A DNA stretch of 64,000 bases from a virus. This document shows, one piece after another, positions 44,201-58,719 of the stretch. Both the position numbers and the translations under genes were made by a program. The stretch lies in IMG/VR virus record IMGVR_UViG_3300045988_090087; one strand, written 5' to 3'. How positions within the stretch are numbered: position 1 is the stretch's first letter; each line of letters starts with the position of its first letter. The notes under the pieces were generated by a model, which ran no database searches, was not told the origin of the DNA, and saw only the letters and a program-made list of their open reading frames with translations.

Positions 44201-45953
44201 CTAATAAACTAAAATTACCATAACATCTATCAAAACTGTTTTCATTAGGTACACTTTCTATAGATTCTAAAGTAAAATTTGAAGCCTATTTATTATCTTT
44301 ATCTAAAGATTTTTTATCAGTAGGAGTAATATCCAAATCTTGAACCATATCATCTAAATCTGCCATATTATAATAAGTAACAGTTTCTACAGAAGGAGAA
44401 TTACTAGTACTAGCATTTGTCGTACTAGTAGAAGTTGTATTAGTTGAAGGATTAAAAGTATAACTATTTAATTCTTCTAATAAACTATTTCTTCTATCAT
44501 TAGCATACTAAGAAAAATCTGTAGTATCTCCAGTATAAAATTCTTCAGTACTAGTAAATCCTGAATTAGGAGATATAATAACTGCTCCCTTTATACCTCG
44601 ACTTATTAAAGTATATAATTCTCTAGAGCTGTTTAATAAATCTCCTACTGCTGTATCATCATATTCCCTAGTTTGAGCTTTAATATTTCCTTCGTATATT
44701 AAATAATCAAATTCCTATCCTTGTAACTCTTTAATATTATTAAATTTTATAGCTGTAGGAATTTTACTAGTAATGTCATTAGGTCCAATATAAGCTATTT
44801 TTTTAGGAGTATCCTATGGAATCATATCCCACTGATCAAATGAATCAGTGATTATAGTTCCATGTAATTCTCCTGAAGAATAACTATATCTAGGAGAATA
44901 ACTTTTAATAGCATTACGAGCCTAAACATATTTATCTTTAGGCATAACATCATTTATTAAAGTTCTTACCTACTAAGTTAGTCCATATAATAATTTTGTA
45001 TCAGAAGATTGCTGTATATTACCATTACGTAATGATATAGCTAATCTAGGAGTTCTTAGACAAAAAGCATTATCAGTGTCTATATTAGCAATCATTTTAT
45101 CAGTAGTATATCCAGACTAAGTATCGTCTCCTAAACCTAATATAAATATATCATTCTTTTTAGCCCACTTATTTATTAAGGCTAAATCCAAAGTACCGAA
45201 ATGAGTTATTTCATCTATAACTAAAATTCCAGAATCATGATTTTTAACATCAGCATCACTAATCAAAGATTCTACATTATCAGTACTACTTAAGTTATTA
45301 AATTTTCCATTTAAATCTTTATATTTAGCATCATCTATAACTAAAGATAATAACTATTTAGCATTAATTCCGTCAGTAACTCCTAAGGATTTATTTAATC
45401 CAGTTACTTGAGTATCAGTAGGTCCTGCTACTATTATATGTTTATTTTTAGCATAATCAGTTATATATTTAGCTACCACTGAAGTCTTACCTGAACCTCC
45501 GATACCACTAATAAATAATAATCTATCAAGTATAGGTACTTTAATATCTGATTTCTTTTTTATTCTATTTATTACAGAAGATACTAAAGAAGGATTATTT
45601 ATAGCGGCAATACCTATTCTTGCTAAATATAGCTAAGCATCTATTGGTACTATATTATCATATTTATCTACTTCTTCTTTTATAAAAGATAAATAATCAT
45701 CAGATTTTACTCCTAACGTAGCTAATAAATAAGTGATTTTATCATAGTTATTAAAAGTAGTATAAGAAACAGTCTAATCTAGATTTGTAGTTTCCTATTT
45801 ATTTATATTATCTATGAACTAATCAAATATAGCATTTACATCATATCCCTAAGCTTTATATTTCTAATAATTTTCATATAATAAAGCTTCTATATCTTTT
45901 AAGTCCATATCTGGTGAATAACCTTCTAATAGATTTACGCAATTACTTTGCAT
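41286..45953 (-). CDS. Giant late protein (about 1555 aa, TAG=Gln) with N-terminal SF1 helicase domain
   Basis: LLFISGIGGSGKTSVVAKYI (Walker A), ILVIDEITHFG, IFILGLGDDTQSG, IKELQGQEFDYLIYEG, YTLISRG; ends GTA TAA TAA. Confidence 0.82.
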
Positions 45954-48900
45954 GCTTCAAAATTATTTCTATTTGAGTTAAAAAATTCTTTTTTAGTCTA
46001 AGTAAATTTTTCCTTAGCCTAATCAAACTATCCTATTATATTTCCCTAATTTATATTAGATATAAAAGGTAAAGAATAACTATTAGGATCTATCATATTT
46101 AAATATTTTCCTATTTCTATCTAATATATATTAGCATAATTCTCATCGATTTCAGCTAAAGGATTTGCTTTTATTTTATGTTCTTGATTAAATCTATTTA
46201 TAGTTTTATTATGACCATAAATATTAGTTAAATCCTAATCTGTAGAAGCTGCGCGCATGTACGTAGAAGCAAGATTTAAAACAGTCTATACTTGTTGTAG
46301 AGATTGCATTTCTTGCCCAGTCAATTGAAAAGTATTAATATCATCATCGTCTTCAAAATGTTGATACATTTTCTAAATTACTGATTCTACATTTTCATTA
46401 TATACTGGTAAATGCTTAGCTAATTCTACTATAGGATTTGGTAATGATTCTGTTAATCCTGCCAAAGTTTGATATAATAAGTTACTATTTACACTCTTTT
46501 CAGCATTATCAAGTACTTCTTTAGCAAAAGCTTTGTAACTATCATTAACTGATTTTCTAGCATAGTCAAAATTACCATTTTTATTAGTAATTAATGGCTA
46601 TAATTTAATTAAAGATTGTATAGAATTATTAGAAACATCTTTATTTTCCTATAACCAATTTTCAATTAATTCATCAGTAATCTATTCTCCATTAGCTATA
46701 TATTTATAAGGATTTATATATTGTAAATTATACTACCGATCGGTTTTAGGGTCAACATATTTAGAATTTTCTATAGAATTTTCAATTCTATCTACAGTAT
46801 CTTTTCCAAATACTTCTGTTAATATATATTTATAGGACTTACCTTGATAACGAGAATCTGATCCTCTATAAATATTGTCTAAACCTATAGAAGCTAATCT
46901 TAATAAATTCTGTATTTTCTCTATTTTAGTACCATCAAATTCGGGTAAGGCATCCTCATTTATAACCTTCTAATTCAATAAATCAGTTACTACTATATTA
47001 CTAAAACTATCTGTATTAGTATTAAATAAAGAAGTAAATGGTATCATTACATTTAAATCCTCATTATATTCATAATCAGGATGGATAAACTACCCATATA
47101 ATTTACCAAAATACTAATCAATTTTTCCTGGGTCTTCTTTAGTACCAATAATAGCAGTTCTAAGAGATTCTATATCATTACCTTTATAATCTTTTAAAGA
47201 ATCTCCCGATAATTCTTTTATTAAGTTATCTTGCTATACTGAAAAATTAGTTAATACTACATTCTTTCTAATATCCTTAATTCTAGCAGCTAACATAGTT
47301 TTAATCTATCTAGAAGTAATTGGATCTAATATATGAGTATTTACAAAATTAACTAAATCCTATAATTTCTATTCAACTTTTGTATTTATTTCTTGCTTTC
47401 TTTGTTCTTGTCGTATTTTATAATCCTAAGCAGATTCTCCTTCTTGCTATTTTGATTTAGCATATTCTTCATCAGATTCATACCACTATTTGTTTTCTAG
47501 ATGATTAGCATTTTGATACCAATCTATTCCATCTTTAAATAATTCCTAGACTTCTTTCTAATAGCTATCATAATTCTAAGACTACTACGCCATCTACTAT
47601 AAATAAGGATCGATTTTCTATTGCCAATCTTTAAATAATTTAAAAGATTCCTATAAATCAAGAGGCTATGCATTAGCCTAATAAGTCTAATAATCAGCTT
47701 TATATTGTTCTATTTCTGGCTAAGTTAATTTGTCTACAGTTAATCCATGCTAAGTATTATACAACCAAGAATTAAAATCATAAGTTCCAAAAGTAGAAGA
47801 TATAATAGGATCTATATCAAACATTAACATTTCAGTATAATATGATGAATTTTCAGGAGATTCAAAATTTAATAACTCCTATTTTTTATTATTTAAATAA
47901 TCCTACCAAGCTGCTACATTCTAATTACGTTTAGCTTCTTCTCCACTATTATGACGTTCTGTAGAGTCTAATAAACGTGCTTCTCCTAGCTTATCGATTA
48001 ATTCTTTAGAACTACTAGCAGTTGCTAATTCAGGAATTAATTCTTTTGGAATTTCTCCATTTTTAGCTGATGCAGCTACTTCTAAACCTTTTTGAGCTAT
48101 AACTACTTGTTGTGCTAATTTCTACCAAGTCTATTGGTAACGTGTAATATAAGATTCTTCTTGTAAATATCCTTGTAGATTTCTAAAGATTTTATCCTAC
48201 ATTATCATTTGATTAAATAAGTCTTCATCAGATTTATTTAAATTATTATCATCCATAATAGTTTGGTAAGAACGAATCTAATTAGTAAGTCTTTTAGCAA
48301 TATAATCATTTATTGATAAATCTCCATCAACAGTGATATTAACCTACTAACCTTCACTATCTGTGGTAGCATTAGTCGCTGATATGGTAGTACTACCAAA
48401 CTGTCCTTTCTTACGCATTTGTTCTATAGTATTAACCATATCTTCAGCTTTACCTTCTCTAGTTAAATATAACATATTACTAGAGTCTTTATTTATATGG
48501 AAATTATTGCCCTATAAAACGCCAACTCCATAGAACATACCTCCACCAAGGGTACCTCCAATAAAGCTCATTCCATATCTAGAGAGTAATTGAGCTATAT
48601 TATATCCGCCCTTTCCTTCTCCATTAAGATTTTGATCATAATTAAAAGCACCAACGTTAGCCTGTGTGGTTATTCCAAAGTTATGAAGCATTTCATAAGT
48701 AGCTTTAGACATATCGGTTACTAATTCTTCAGAAACTTCTTCAAGACCTTCACCTATAGCTTTATCTACTGCGCTAGTAGTATGATATTTTATATCGTCA
48801 GCATAATCCTATAAAGCTTTAACCATTTTATTTCTTCCAGATAATATAAGTTTTTTAAACTTATTAGTATTTTCTGGAATATTTTTAGTAGAAATTCCTA

Positions 48901-50557
48901 AAGCTTTAGCCCAATTTTCTTTTTCACCAAGTAAAGCAGTTCTTATTTGACGCATATCATTTTTAGCTAATTCATCAAAGAACATTTCTCCAATACCTAG
49001 TCTATCTACAGTGTACATACCTAAAGTAGATCCTAAAGCTACTGCAGCGGCTTCTCTAGGAGTAGCTCCTGAATCTAGCATACTTTGATATACATCAGTA
49101 TTAGAAACTAATGCCATATAAGCTAATGAAGCATTAGCACCTAATCTATTTAATTTTTCTATTCTAGGTTTATATACGTCAAAAGTTTTTCGTAAAGCAG
49201 CAGAACCTATAGATGTCTATTTCCAAGCATCTCCAACTGCTTTACCTTCCTACTCTAGTATTTTAGCTATCTAGCCTTCTTCCATTCCATATAATGATAA
49301 TGCTTTATACTTATCTTCAGCAGTATTAGCATTATTTAATACGCTCTATAATTTAGATTCATATAAAGCTTTAGCTTCTTCTTCAGCTACTTTACTTAAA
49401 TCCTATTTTCCAGTTATTAATTTTTTAGTCCAATTAGCTACAGCTTTTTGCTAGCCCCATTGTGTAGCTACATCTCCCATCATATTAAACACTCCTTCCC
49501 AAGTCCACATAGCACTCTACCCAGCATCAGAAACACTTCCTGACATAGCAGTAGCTCTACCTTGTAAAGAGTTAAGAAACTAACTATTAGCTGGTTTATC
49601 TGAGAACAGAGACTTTATCATACCATATAACATAGGAGTAGTTTTAGCTAGTTCTCTCACTACTAAACCTGCACTATAAGCTTCTCCAACATATGGAACA
49701 GCTAAAGGTAACACAGAAGCCACATTTTTTAAAATAGTTCCTGTTACACTTTTATCCATATCATCAGAATCAATAAAATCATATTTATTTAAAGAAGATG
49801 CTTCTGATGTTACTATATCTCCCATTGATAAAACCTATTTAGTAGCAGGATTTCTACCATTTAAAGTTTCATAATAAGGTTTGCCATTGGAATTTAATTT
49901 TATTTCTCCTTTAGAGTGCTTTAATTTTTTCCCTGAAATTGGGTCAATACTTTCTCCATCAGAATCGTATGTAGCTAATACTAATGGGTCACTAAATATT
50001 TGTTTAATATATTTAATAGGGTTAGAAAATAAAGATATACTATCAGGTGTTTCGTTTAAAAATTTTCCAGTAGATGAATCAAATATATTCTAACCTTGAG
50101 CAATTTCTCTAGTACTTTTACTCTATTTACTTATTTCCTAAAAACCACTAATACCAACACCCTAATTAGTTGGGTTAGATGTAAGTTTAATAAATGATCC
50201 TAAAGGATTCTATTTATCAGTTTTCATTCCCTAGGTAGTACCAGTAAATGGATTATATATCTAATCTCCAGGCGCCTATCTTACATCAAACATATCGTAG
50301 ACAGTATGTACAGATTTATCTTTCTACAAATCTCCCCATTTAGTAGCTTGTTGTTGATAATAATCATGAAATTTATCTTTATTAAAATTACCATTGTTAT
50401 CAGCAAATGCTGGATTATTTATGATAAAATTAGATTTAAGATAACTTTCCTCTTTTAACATCTAAGTATTATCAGTATCTATCCCTTTCATTTTAAACAT
50501 TTCTGTACTATAATCGGGATTATTTATATTGGCAACTATCCAATCGTTATTTAACAT
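45935..50557 (-). CDS. Giant late protein (about 1540 aa, TAG=Gln), putative internal/ejection protein
   Basis: MLNNDWIVANINNPDYSTEMFKMKGIDTDNTQM...; hydrophobic Gly/Ala-rich segments (VLPLAVPYVGEAYSAGLVV, MSFIGGTLGGGMFYGVGVL); overlaps next gene by 19 nt. Confidence 0.72.
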
Positions 50558-50559
50558 AA

Positions 50560-52473
50560 TTAATTATTTAAAACATTAGAGCTAGTATTATTGATAGGAA
50601 TATTCTATGCTCTATATAAAGCTTCCATAGCACTAAGCATATTAGGAGTTACTTTACCAGTTAATATCATAGTAGCTACAGGATTATTATCTAACGGAAT
50701 ATAAACAGGAGCTTTATAAATATTATTATTAAACCATCCAAATGGTGCCATAGATGAACCACTAATTTTCTAGGAAGCGCCACCTTTACCATCAGGATAT
50801 AGTATTTTTGACATATTCTCAAAATCTGAGTCCATATTACCTACAGTAGTAGCTAATGTAGGATTTCCAACAGCATCAGAAGATGCTTGTCCATTAACTA
50901 CTAAGAAAGCTCCAAATCTGTCTTTATTAGGGAATCCTTTAGAATCGACTAAATCACTTAATCCATACTTTTTAAGAATCTATGCTTCTCTAATAAGGTA
51001 AGCTTTTGGATCTGTAGTCTAAATATTTCTGATCTCCTTCATAGCCTATTCATATTTAGGAATTAATTCAAAATCAGGGACTCTATTACCATAATTATCT
51101 AATTTAGCTGGTAAATTTACTCTCATACCACCCTAATTTAAGTAAATTATATCTTTAAGTTTATCAGGGTCTTCGATTCTTTTATCCCCAAAATAAATAG
51201 CTCTAGTATCACTTATTCCCTAAAGTCCTGATCTACTAAGCATGTCTGCTAAACTAGTGCTCTATATAGTTTTTTTATCCTAAAAATCTTTAATATCTCC
51301 ATATTTCTAACCATATAAAGTCATTTTAGCACTAGAGGAGTCTGGCATAAATTGATATGTGGTATCCTGTCCTCCAATACCATTCTATATCATAAATGCA
51401 GGATTAGCTGCTGCTTTCTCTTCCCAATCTCCTTCTTGAGATCCAGAACTACTATCACTTTTCCCAGTTTTAGCATCTTTTTTAGTGCCGTCAGGATTTA
51501 ACTAATCCTAATATTCCATATCAGTATTAAATGAAGTATTGCCAGTAGCTAGTAATTTTAGTAAATAATCTACTCCTTTTTTATTTTTTCCTGCTCTAGC
51601 TGTTAGTAAGGTCTACTCTTTAGTAGATAAAGACGCCCAAGCATATTGTAATAAATTAGCTACCTAGTCAGCATTTTCTTTAGTAGTATATTTATATACT
51701 CCTGGCATAGTTAATGTAGTTGGATCTAGTCCTCTCTATAACAATCCTTTAAGTACTGTTAATCCAGATTTAGTATTAAAACCATCAGTACTAATATATG
51801 AAGATACACTACTAGATTGAGCATTACTTAATATTTTCTATAATTTATTAGTAATAGCTTCTACACTAGTACTACCATTTACTATATTAAGAATAGAGTT
51901 ATCTCCTGGTAATTTCTAAGCTCTTAATTCCATTATATCTGTATTAGTGAGAGTTTTGTAAACATAAGGATTTTGTTTCCATTTTTCAACAGAAATAGTA
52001 TCTATTCCTCCATCACTAGTTTGTATTACAACTCCTCCCTAATCAGTAATAGCCATCTCATTTTCTGAATGATTGGTAAACATAGTATCTCTAGATTTAT
52101 CCCAAACTTCTTTATTAAACTTAGCTATCTTAGCCTATAAAGATATTCTAGTTAACATCTAAGCAAAGTTTGAATAATTAGTATCTCCTGTATTTGTTGG
52201 GTCAGCCCAAAAGTTTTGAGCTTGTGTATATAGTTTTAAGATATCACTAGGAAGACCATTTATATCTTTTAATAATCCTAGAAAATCTTTATCTGTTATC
52301 TTTCCTTTATCCTCATCGTTAGATGATTTTTTATTAGCAGCAGTCATAGCTTTTATCAACTTAGCAGTGTCTGATTCAGCTTCTACTCCAATTGTAGCCA
52401 TAGCTAAAGGCTAATAAAAAAATGCAGAGGAGGATGTTCCTCCTTCTGCAAATTTTTGTATTTTTAAATTCAT
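50560..52473 (-). CDS. Late structural-type protein (about 637 aa, TAG=Gln)
   Basis: MNLKIQKFAEGGTSSSAFFYQPLAMATIGVEAESD...NIPINNTSSNVLNN TAA; tight spacing both sides. Confidence 0.75.
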
Positions 52474-55400
52474 TTCTTATTACTCTTTTTAAATAAAGTA
52501 TTAATGAGTTTACTTAAATCTCCGCTCTATTTAGTAGCAGTATTAATACTATGTCTTATAGTATTATAAAATTCTTTGGTATTAAACTTTGATATATCTT
52601 CAAATTTACCTCCTTTTTTGTACCTAAATCCAGGATTACTAATACCATATACCTAATACATATTATTATAATATCTTGCTCCAGCCTCTTTCTATGCATT
52701 AATTAAATTTCTATATTCATCAGTATCATATGCATTAAAGTTCAAATCATTCTAATGCTAGCGTAATAACTACTAGTATTTTTGTTGAGCTAATAAAACC
52801 TTAGCATCATTTTGATAATCCCACTAAGCTTTAGCTAAACCATATTGCTACTAAGCATTCTTTCGTTCAACATATGGATCAATAACATTAAATTTCTCTA
52901 AAGCATTAATCCAATTTTGTCTATTAGTAGCGAGTGCTCTAGCCCTATCTCTAGGATCTTGATACTCATTAAGCATTCTAGTTTTATATGCCTACTGAGA
53001 ATTAGCATTAGCAGTATCAACAGCGCTTTCCATATTGTAAAGTCCTGCTTTATAAGACTACTGCTTCTATCCTTCTAACCAAGTATTTCTTTCGGCATTA
53101 CCTTGTAAATATAACTTATTAGCATTATTCATACTTTCTTGCTAAGCGGCGGTCTACAACTAACCACTAGAAGTAAGTGGTCTAGAAGTCTAATTCATTA
53201 TCTCAGCAGATTTACTATGATAAGCATTCTACTAAGCTAAATTATCCATTACTTGATAACTAGTATGCTTAGGAGAAATAACATAATTTGGAGCTTTTAT
53301 TTTGAATATATCATTAGTAGCTTTATTAGCTAATAAATATTTACCAGTTTCAACTGCATTATAAAGATTACCTGGATTACTTGTTAATTTAGCTAAGTAT
53401 TCTTTACCTTTATCAAATATAGATTTTTTATCAATATCAGGATTAGTTACTGAACTATCTTTTTTAGGAGTATTTTGATTCTATTCAGATTTTTCTATAG
53501 GAGATAAATAATAGTAATCATTTTTTCCTAAAGCAAAATTATAACCTTTATTTTTAAAAGCTTCTGTTACAGATGCTAACTACTCATCTGTAAAATCTCC
53601 CTTTCTACCTAATAAACGTCTATCATCAGTTATTTGGCTATAAGAGCTATCTGTTTTATATCGGTGATTAGCATCAATATTCCAGTCTCCAGAAGTTCTT
53701 TTAGTATTGCCATATAAATCATATCTACCTAAATTTTGAGCGTGCATAATACCTAAAGAATTGTATCCTACATTATTATCCTTCCACTCTCCATTATATC
53801 CAGTTTTATATAAATTTTGATAATCTCCTACAGATTTATCATTATATGGTGTAGTCTAAAAATTAGTTCCAGCATTCTTATGTAAATCACCGTGTTTATC
53901 CTACATACTATTAAGCCAAGTATAATAATTATTATCAGATAAACCTCTTAATATATGATTTACATTCTAAGACCATACTGCATCAAACCAAGTAGTTTTA
54001 GGATTTACTTTTACTCCAGTTTTTATTCCACCTTGGGCTTTAATAATACCACCTTGTTTAAAAGCATGAACAGATTTTAAGAATTCATAATCATATAATA
54101 CTCCTCCATCCTAGCGTCTTTTAATATTATTATCTCTACTAGTTTTCTTCTTTTTATTAGATTGTTTATGTGGGAGATTAGTATTTTTATTATGTCCTTT
54201 AGTATTATTACTTTTAGTATTACCAAAAGCTTCCATAACTTCTGAAGCCTTCTACTATCTACTCTATTTCTACTACTGTTTATATTCAGAAGATTTAGTA
54301 GATTTAATATCAGCTCTAGAAGGTTTAGCTCTCAATCCCATAGCCCTAGCCTAACTATCTAAGTTAGTTAATACTGGAGAGAACATTTGCTAATACATTC
54401 CCTATCTACTTTCAGTAGGAGATAATATAATAGCATTCTATCTTCTCTGTCTTTCTAAGAACTCCTACTATACAGCATTCTACATTTTTTGTCTTCTTTC
54501 CAAAGATTTTCTAGTAGTATGTTGTATAGCACTTCCAGTACCTTGTCTTTCTGCAAAAGGAGGAAATAGACGTTCATACATAGCCTATTTTTTAGATCTA
54601 GCAGCTCCTTTTAATTCAGGTTTAAATTCAATAGGTTTCCAATTTAAAGCAAACTCTCTATTTGCCTAGGTTCTTACAGATTCAGGAGTTACTATGACTC
54701 TAGCTGACGGAACAGGCAAATCTTTTGCTCTAGCATTACCTTCGGCAAGATTAATTCTAACTTGAGTGTTAGCTTTAGCCTATTTAATTTCTTGCTATGC
54801 ATCTGCAAGGTCTTTTGCTAATGATTTACGTTCAGATAAGTCTTTCTATAAAGCATCCCTACGCTCAGCATAAATCTAATCTTGAGGCTTCTATTGTTTA
54901 TACTAATCTCGCATAAATCTTTTAGCCTACTATTTAGCTTCCAAATCTCTAATCTCCTAATCAGTCATAGGTCTCTTTCTATAATGCTCATAAGCTTTTC
55001 TAGTGGCATTATCAATAGGAAGAGGGTTATCTGACATAAATCTCTTTCTTAATAGTTCAATATCCTTTTTCTACTACTCAGGAGTTATATTATGTGTCTA
55101 TAAAGGTCTTTCAGGATTATTAGTAATTGTTGGCTAATTCTAAGCAGGTTTTGGCTATTCAGTGCTAGTAGTAGGTTTAGAAGTTTTATTATTCTAATGC
55201 TTCAAAGATTTAGCAGGTCTAAATATATATTTAGTTTCTGGATCTGAAGTATTGCCTAAACGACTTACTATTCCCCACTTACCATAGAATCTTTCAAGCT
55301 TGAGGGGATTATTAGATGATGGAGTATAATTATGAAATATTCCATTATCGAACTAAATACCTTTTACTTTAGTAGCAGCTTCCAAGGCTTCGTTTCTATC

Positions 55401-57641
55401 TCTCATAGTAGGATTTTTAGTTTTATCCATTATAGCCTCATACTATTTAGCAGGAATAGTCTATTTACCTTTATTAGTATGTACTATCACATCCTTCCCA
55501 TAATTAGGATTAGTAGCTCTTACTTTATTATGATTAGGAGCTACTTTAGTTAATCCTGAAGTTATAGAAACTGCTGTAGCTAGATCTCTCAATTCATCTG
55601 CTGTAATAGTAGTTGGGTTAGTTACTAACTTTTTAACAGCACTAGCAGCATTTGGAGCAGCTTGTATTACTCCTGGAGCAGTTACAGTGCCAAGAATTAC
55701 TTTATATAATTTAGCATTATTTTGTAAAGCTTTTCCTACTCTACCTAATTTAGCTAATTTACCATAGGAACCCAAAATAGGAACAGCGCCAGCTGCGTCA
55801 AACAATAAGTTAACTCCTAAATTAGTAATTGCTTCTCCCTTACTAACAGATGGATCAGTAAAATCAGCAAAAGCATGGGCACCAGTGCCTGCAAGTCCTG
55901 ATACTGCCCCTACTGCAGTTCCTACAGGACCAAAAAATGATGATACTGTAGAAGCAATATCAGCAGTAATACCTCCAAGCTAGGCATAATCAGAGGCAGT
56001 TAGCTATCCTAAATTTCCTAGTTCTCTTTGTCCAGCTTTTATTTTATTAGGGTCTCTCTAACCTCGTAAAGGAGTTCTTTCTACACTATTAATCTATTGC
56101 TATTTTTTAATAGCGTCCTAACGAGCTTTTAAATCTTTTGAATATTGTTCTCTTAATTTTGCCTAATTACCAAAGATACCTCCCCACTAATGTTTACTTA
56201 TATATTTCTTATATTCATTATTTCGTAAATCACCCCAAGATTTACTTCTGTAAAACTCTAAGTTATTACCTCTTTTACGCATATACATATAGGTACCATC
56301 AGAGTTTCTTTTAGAGTTCTTCAATCTCCATACAGTACCTTTAGATGCTCCTACATAAGATGATACATCATCACCTATATTATTTAACTTTCCTGTATCT
56401 AATAACCATTCGTAATTATAGTTGATCCAGTCTAATTTAGATTTTATAGGAACAATACCACTAGTAGTATGTCTATCAGCATTTTTTAGAGAATATGCTT
56501 CATGAATATCAGAAGTTAAATCTCCATGTATAAAATTATCCCATTCTTGATCACTAAATTTATTTATATTAGTAGCTTTATCAAATTCTTTACCGCTTTT
56601 AACAGCAGGTCCTTCTATTTTTTTTCCTTTAGAATCTACCATAGAAGACTATGCTAATCTAGAAGGAACATAAGAAGAAGCCTAAGCCTTTGGAGAATAA
56701 TAACCGTTAGTTTTTAACCAATTCTCAAAAGCTTCATCTTCTCTTCTTTTACTAACTGCATCTATTTCTGCCTAATTTTTAGCTAAAGCTTCTTCATTAT
56801 TTAAATTAATAATCTACTGTCTCTAAGCTAAATACTACTATTGCTATTCAGGAGTCATAGTATTATATCGAGCTAATTCTTCCTCTGAAAATCCTCTAGT
56901 AGGATCATCCTCTGTTGTCTATGTCTAAGTACTATCAGTATCAGAAACTGTAGTACTTAAATCTCTAGTAGCTAAAGCATTATTAATATAATCAGAAGTA
57001 ATACCTAATGGAGCGTAAGTAGCTACATTAGAAGAAGCTATAGCAGCATCGAGATTTTTATAAAGAGCATCTTTATCAATTCCATCCCAATTATACTAAG
57101 CGCCATTAGTAGTTAATTCATTTTTATATTTAGTTAATCCTTCTTTTATTTTAGCACTTCTATTAGCAATGCCATATACTCCATTTGTCAAAGCATCATT
57201 TTTCTAAAATAATTCCCAATCAGGATTATTACTACCAAACCACTATTGATTTAAATATGAAGTAACACTAGGTATACTTTTTAAAGACTTATTAGCAGAT
57301 TTAGAATCAGCCTACATACCTTTAGCTATCTAATTCATAAAAGCAGCAGTTGCTCCATTAGCATCAAACTTACTTCCTATCCAATTATATTTTTCTTGTT
57401 TGTTAGTTCTAGCACCAGTATCATCAACTATCTAGTGCATATCATTTATCTCATTTATTTCACCATTCTATACTCCTTGAGCATAGTTATGTAAAGAATT
57501 CCAAGCTAGCTAACGACGTTTATTACCCCATCCCTACTAGTCAGCAAATTCTTTAAACTTATCTGGGTCAGTAATTGCTCTAACAAAATCTGCACGAGTT
57601 ACATCACCTATTCCCGAAATTTTTATATTCTTTTCTGCCAT
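52470..57641 (-). CDS. Giant late protein (about 1723 aa, TAG=Gln)
   Basis: MAEKNIKISGIGDVTRADFVRAITDPDKFKEFADQQGW...TKQSGDLSKLINTLFKKSNKK TGA; fragments 55461 and 56187 share the frame. Confidence 0.72.
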
Positions 57642-57644
57642 AAA

Positions 57645-57678
57645 TTAAAAAAGGGGAACACCAAAAGATGCTCCCCTA
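57645..57678 (-). terminator. Intrinsic terminator downstream of the 99-aa late gene
   Basis: On - strand AGGGGAGCA-TCTTTTGG-TGTTCCCCT followed by TTTTTT. Confidence 0.75.
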
Positions 57679-57696
57679 TTAATTTTTTACATTAAA

Positions 57697-57996
57697 TTAT
57701 TTCTTAATTCTGCGTACAAGTCTTCCTCCCTTACGGTATACTGGCTGACCTGCTTCTTCTGGAGCACCACCTTGACCTTGTTGAGCCATCTGTACCAAAG
57801 CCTGACACACTTGCATAGCCATATTACAATCTTGATTCTACAAAGCCTAAGCTGCTGCTTGCAACAACATAGCCATTGGATCTTGTTCTGCACCAGCGCC
57901 CTATTCCTCTGGAGCACCTTGTTCTGCACCCTGAGGTGCACCTTGTGGAGGCATTGCTCCACCTTCCTAAAACTTTTTAATAAACTTATATTCCAT
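57697..57996 (-). CDS. Small Gln/Ala/Gly-rich late protein (99 aa, TAG=Gln)
   Basis: MEYKFIKKFQEGGAMPPQGAPQGAEQGAPEEQGAGAEQDPMAMLLQAAAQALQNQD...VYRKGGRLVRRIKK TAA. Confidence 0.75.
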
Positions 57997-58098
57997 AATT
58001 AATTATTGATTAAACTTCATTTTTATAATTATATACACAGTTTTATTCGTACAAAATAATAATAACCAAAACTATTATTATATAATTATAACGTTAAA
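57997..58098 (-). promoter_or_regulatory. AT-rich intergenic gap likely holding a late promoter for the 99-aa gene
   Basis: About 100-nt noncoding gap in an otherwise gapless late cluster, directly upstream of a gene with its own terminator. Confidence 0.35.
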
Positions 58099-58719
58099 TT
58101 ATTCATCAGTGTTATCTTTATCTTTTGGGCTATCCACATATTCAGGTTCTCTAGAATCTTGACGTTTTAAAACTTTAAAGATGTATCGACCAAGTGCTCG
58201 ATAGGCTCCATCAGTCTTAGACGCTTCTGCTTTTTTAGCTTTCTTTATAAGAATTTTAGTTTCTCTCCTACTTACAATACGTTCTCCTCCTTTTAAATTC
58301 ATTTGAGTGGATCCATCAGGGAAAAGAACATGCATAGAATATTCTTTATCATCAAAATCTTCTATTACTAGCTAATCTCCTTCTTCAATACCTGAATTAC
58401 TATTTACTTCAAGAACATACTGAACGTCATTCTCAGTAATAGGCTCTTCGGACATTGGCTGTCCCTATTTAACTGATACTACTTCCATATCATCGTCTAT
58501 AAAAATTATATCTAATGAAATGAGAGTATTCTTCATCCAATAAGATAAGTCTTGAGGTTCATCATATATAAATAACATTCCCTAATCTTCAGGTAAAGAT
58601 TCTCGACCCATTAAACCTTTTTCCTATTTTTCAGGAGTATCAGCAATCTCTACTTTATATTTTTTATCTCCTATAGTAATATCTACTAAGTTAGATTCTT
58701 TATCATTTATTTCTGCCAT
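58099..58719 (-). CDS. DUF192-domain protein (206 aa, TAG=Gln)
   Basis: EKGLMGRESLPEDQGMLFIYDEPQDLSYWMKNTLISLDIIFID is a clear DUF192 core; SD GGAGGT 7 nt upstream of ATG 58719. Confidence 0.85.

Noticed and set aside
49881-50093. + strand ORFs in the late region (also 55332-55553)
   Set aside because: Antisense to continuous code-15 reading frames.
57687-57962. 91-aa - strand ORF rich in Cys/Lys/Gln/Val
   Set aside because: Wrong frame of the 99-aa late gene, which reads cleanly with TAG=Gln and has a coherent composition; the + strand ORF 57772-58002 is likewise antisense noise.
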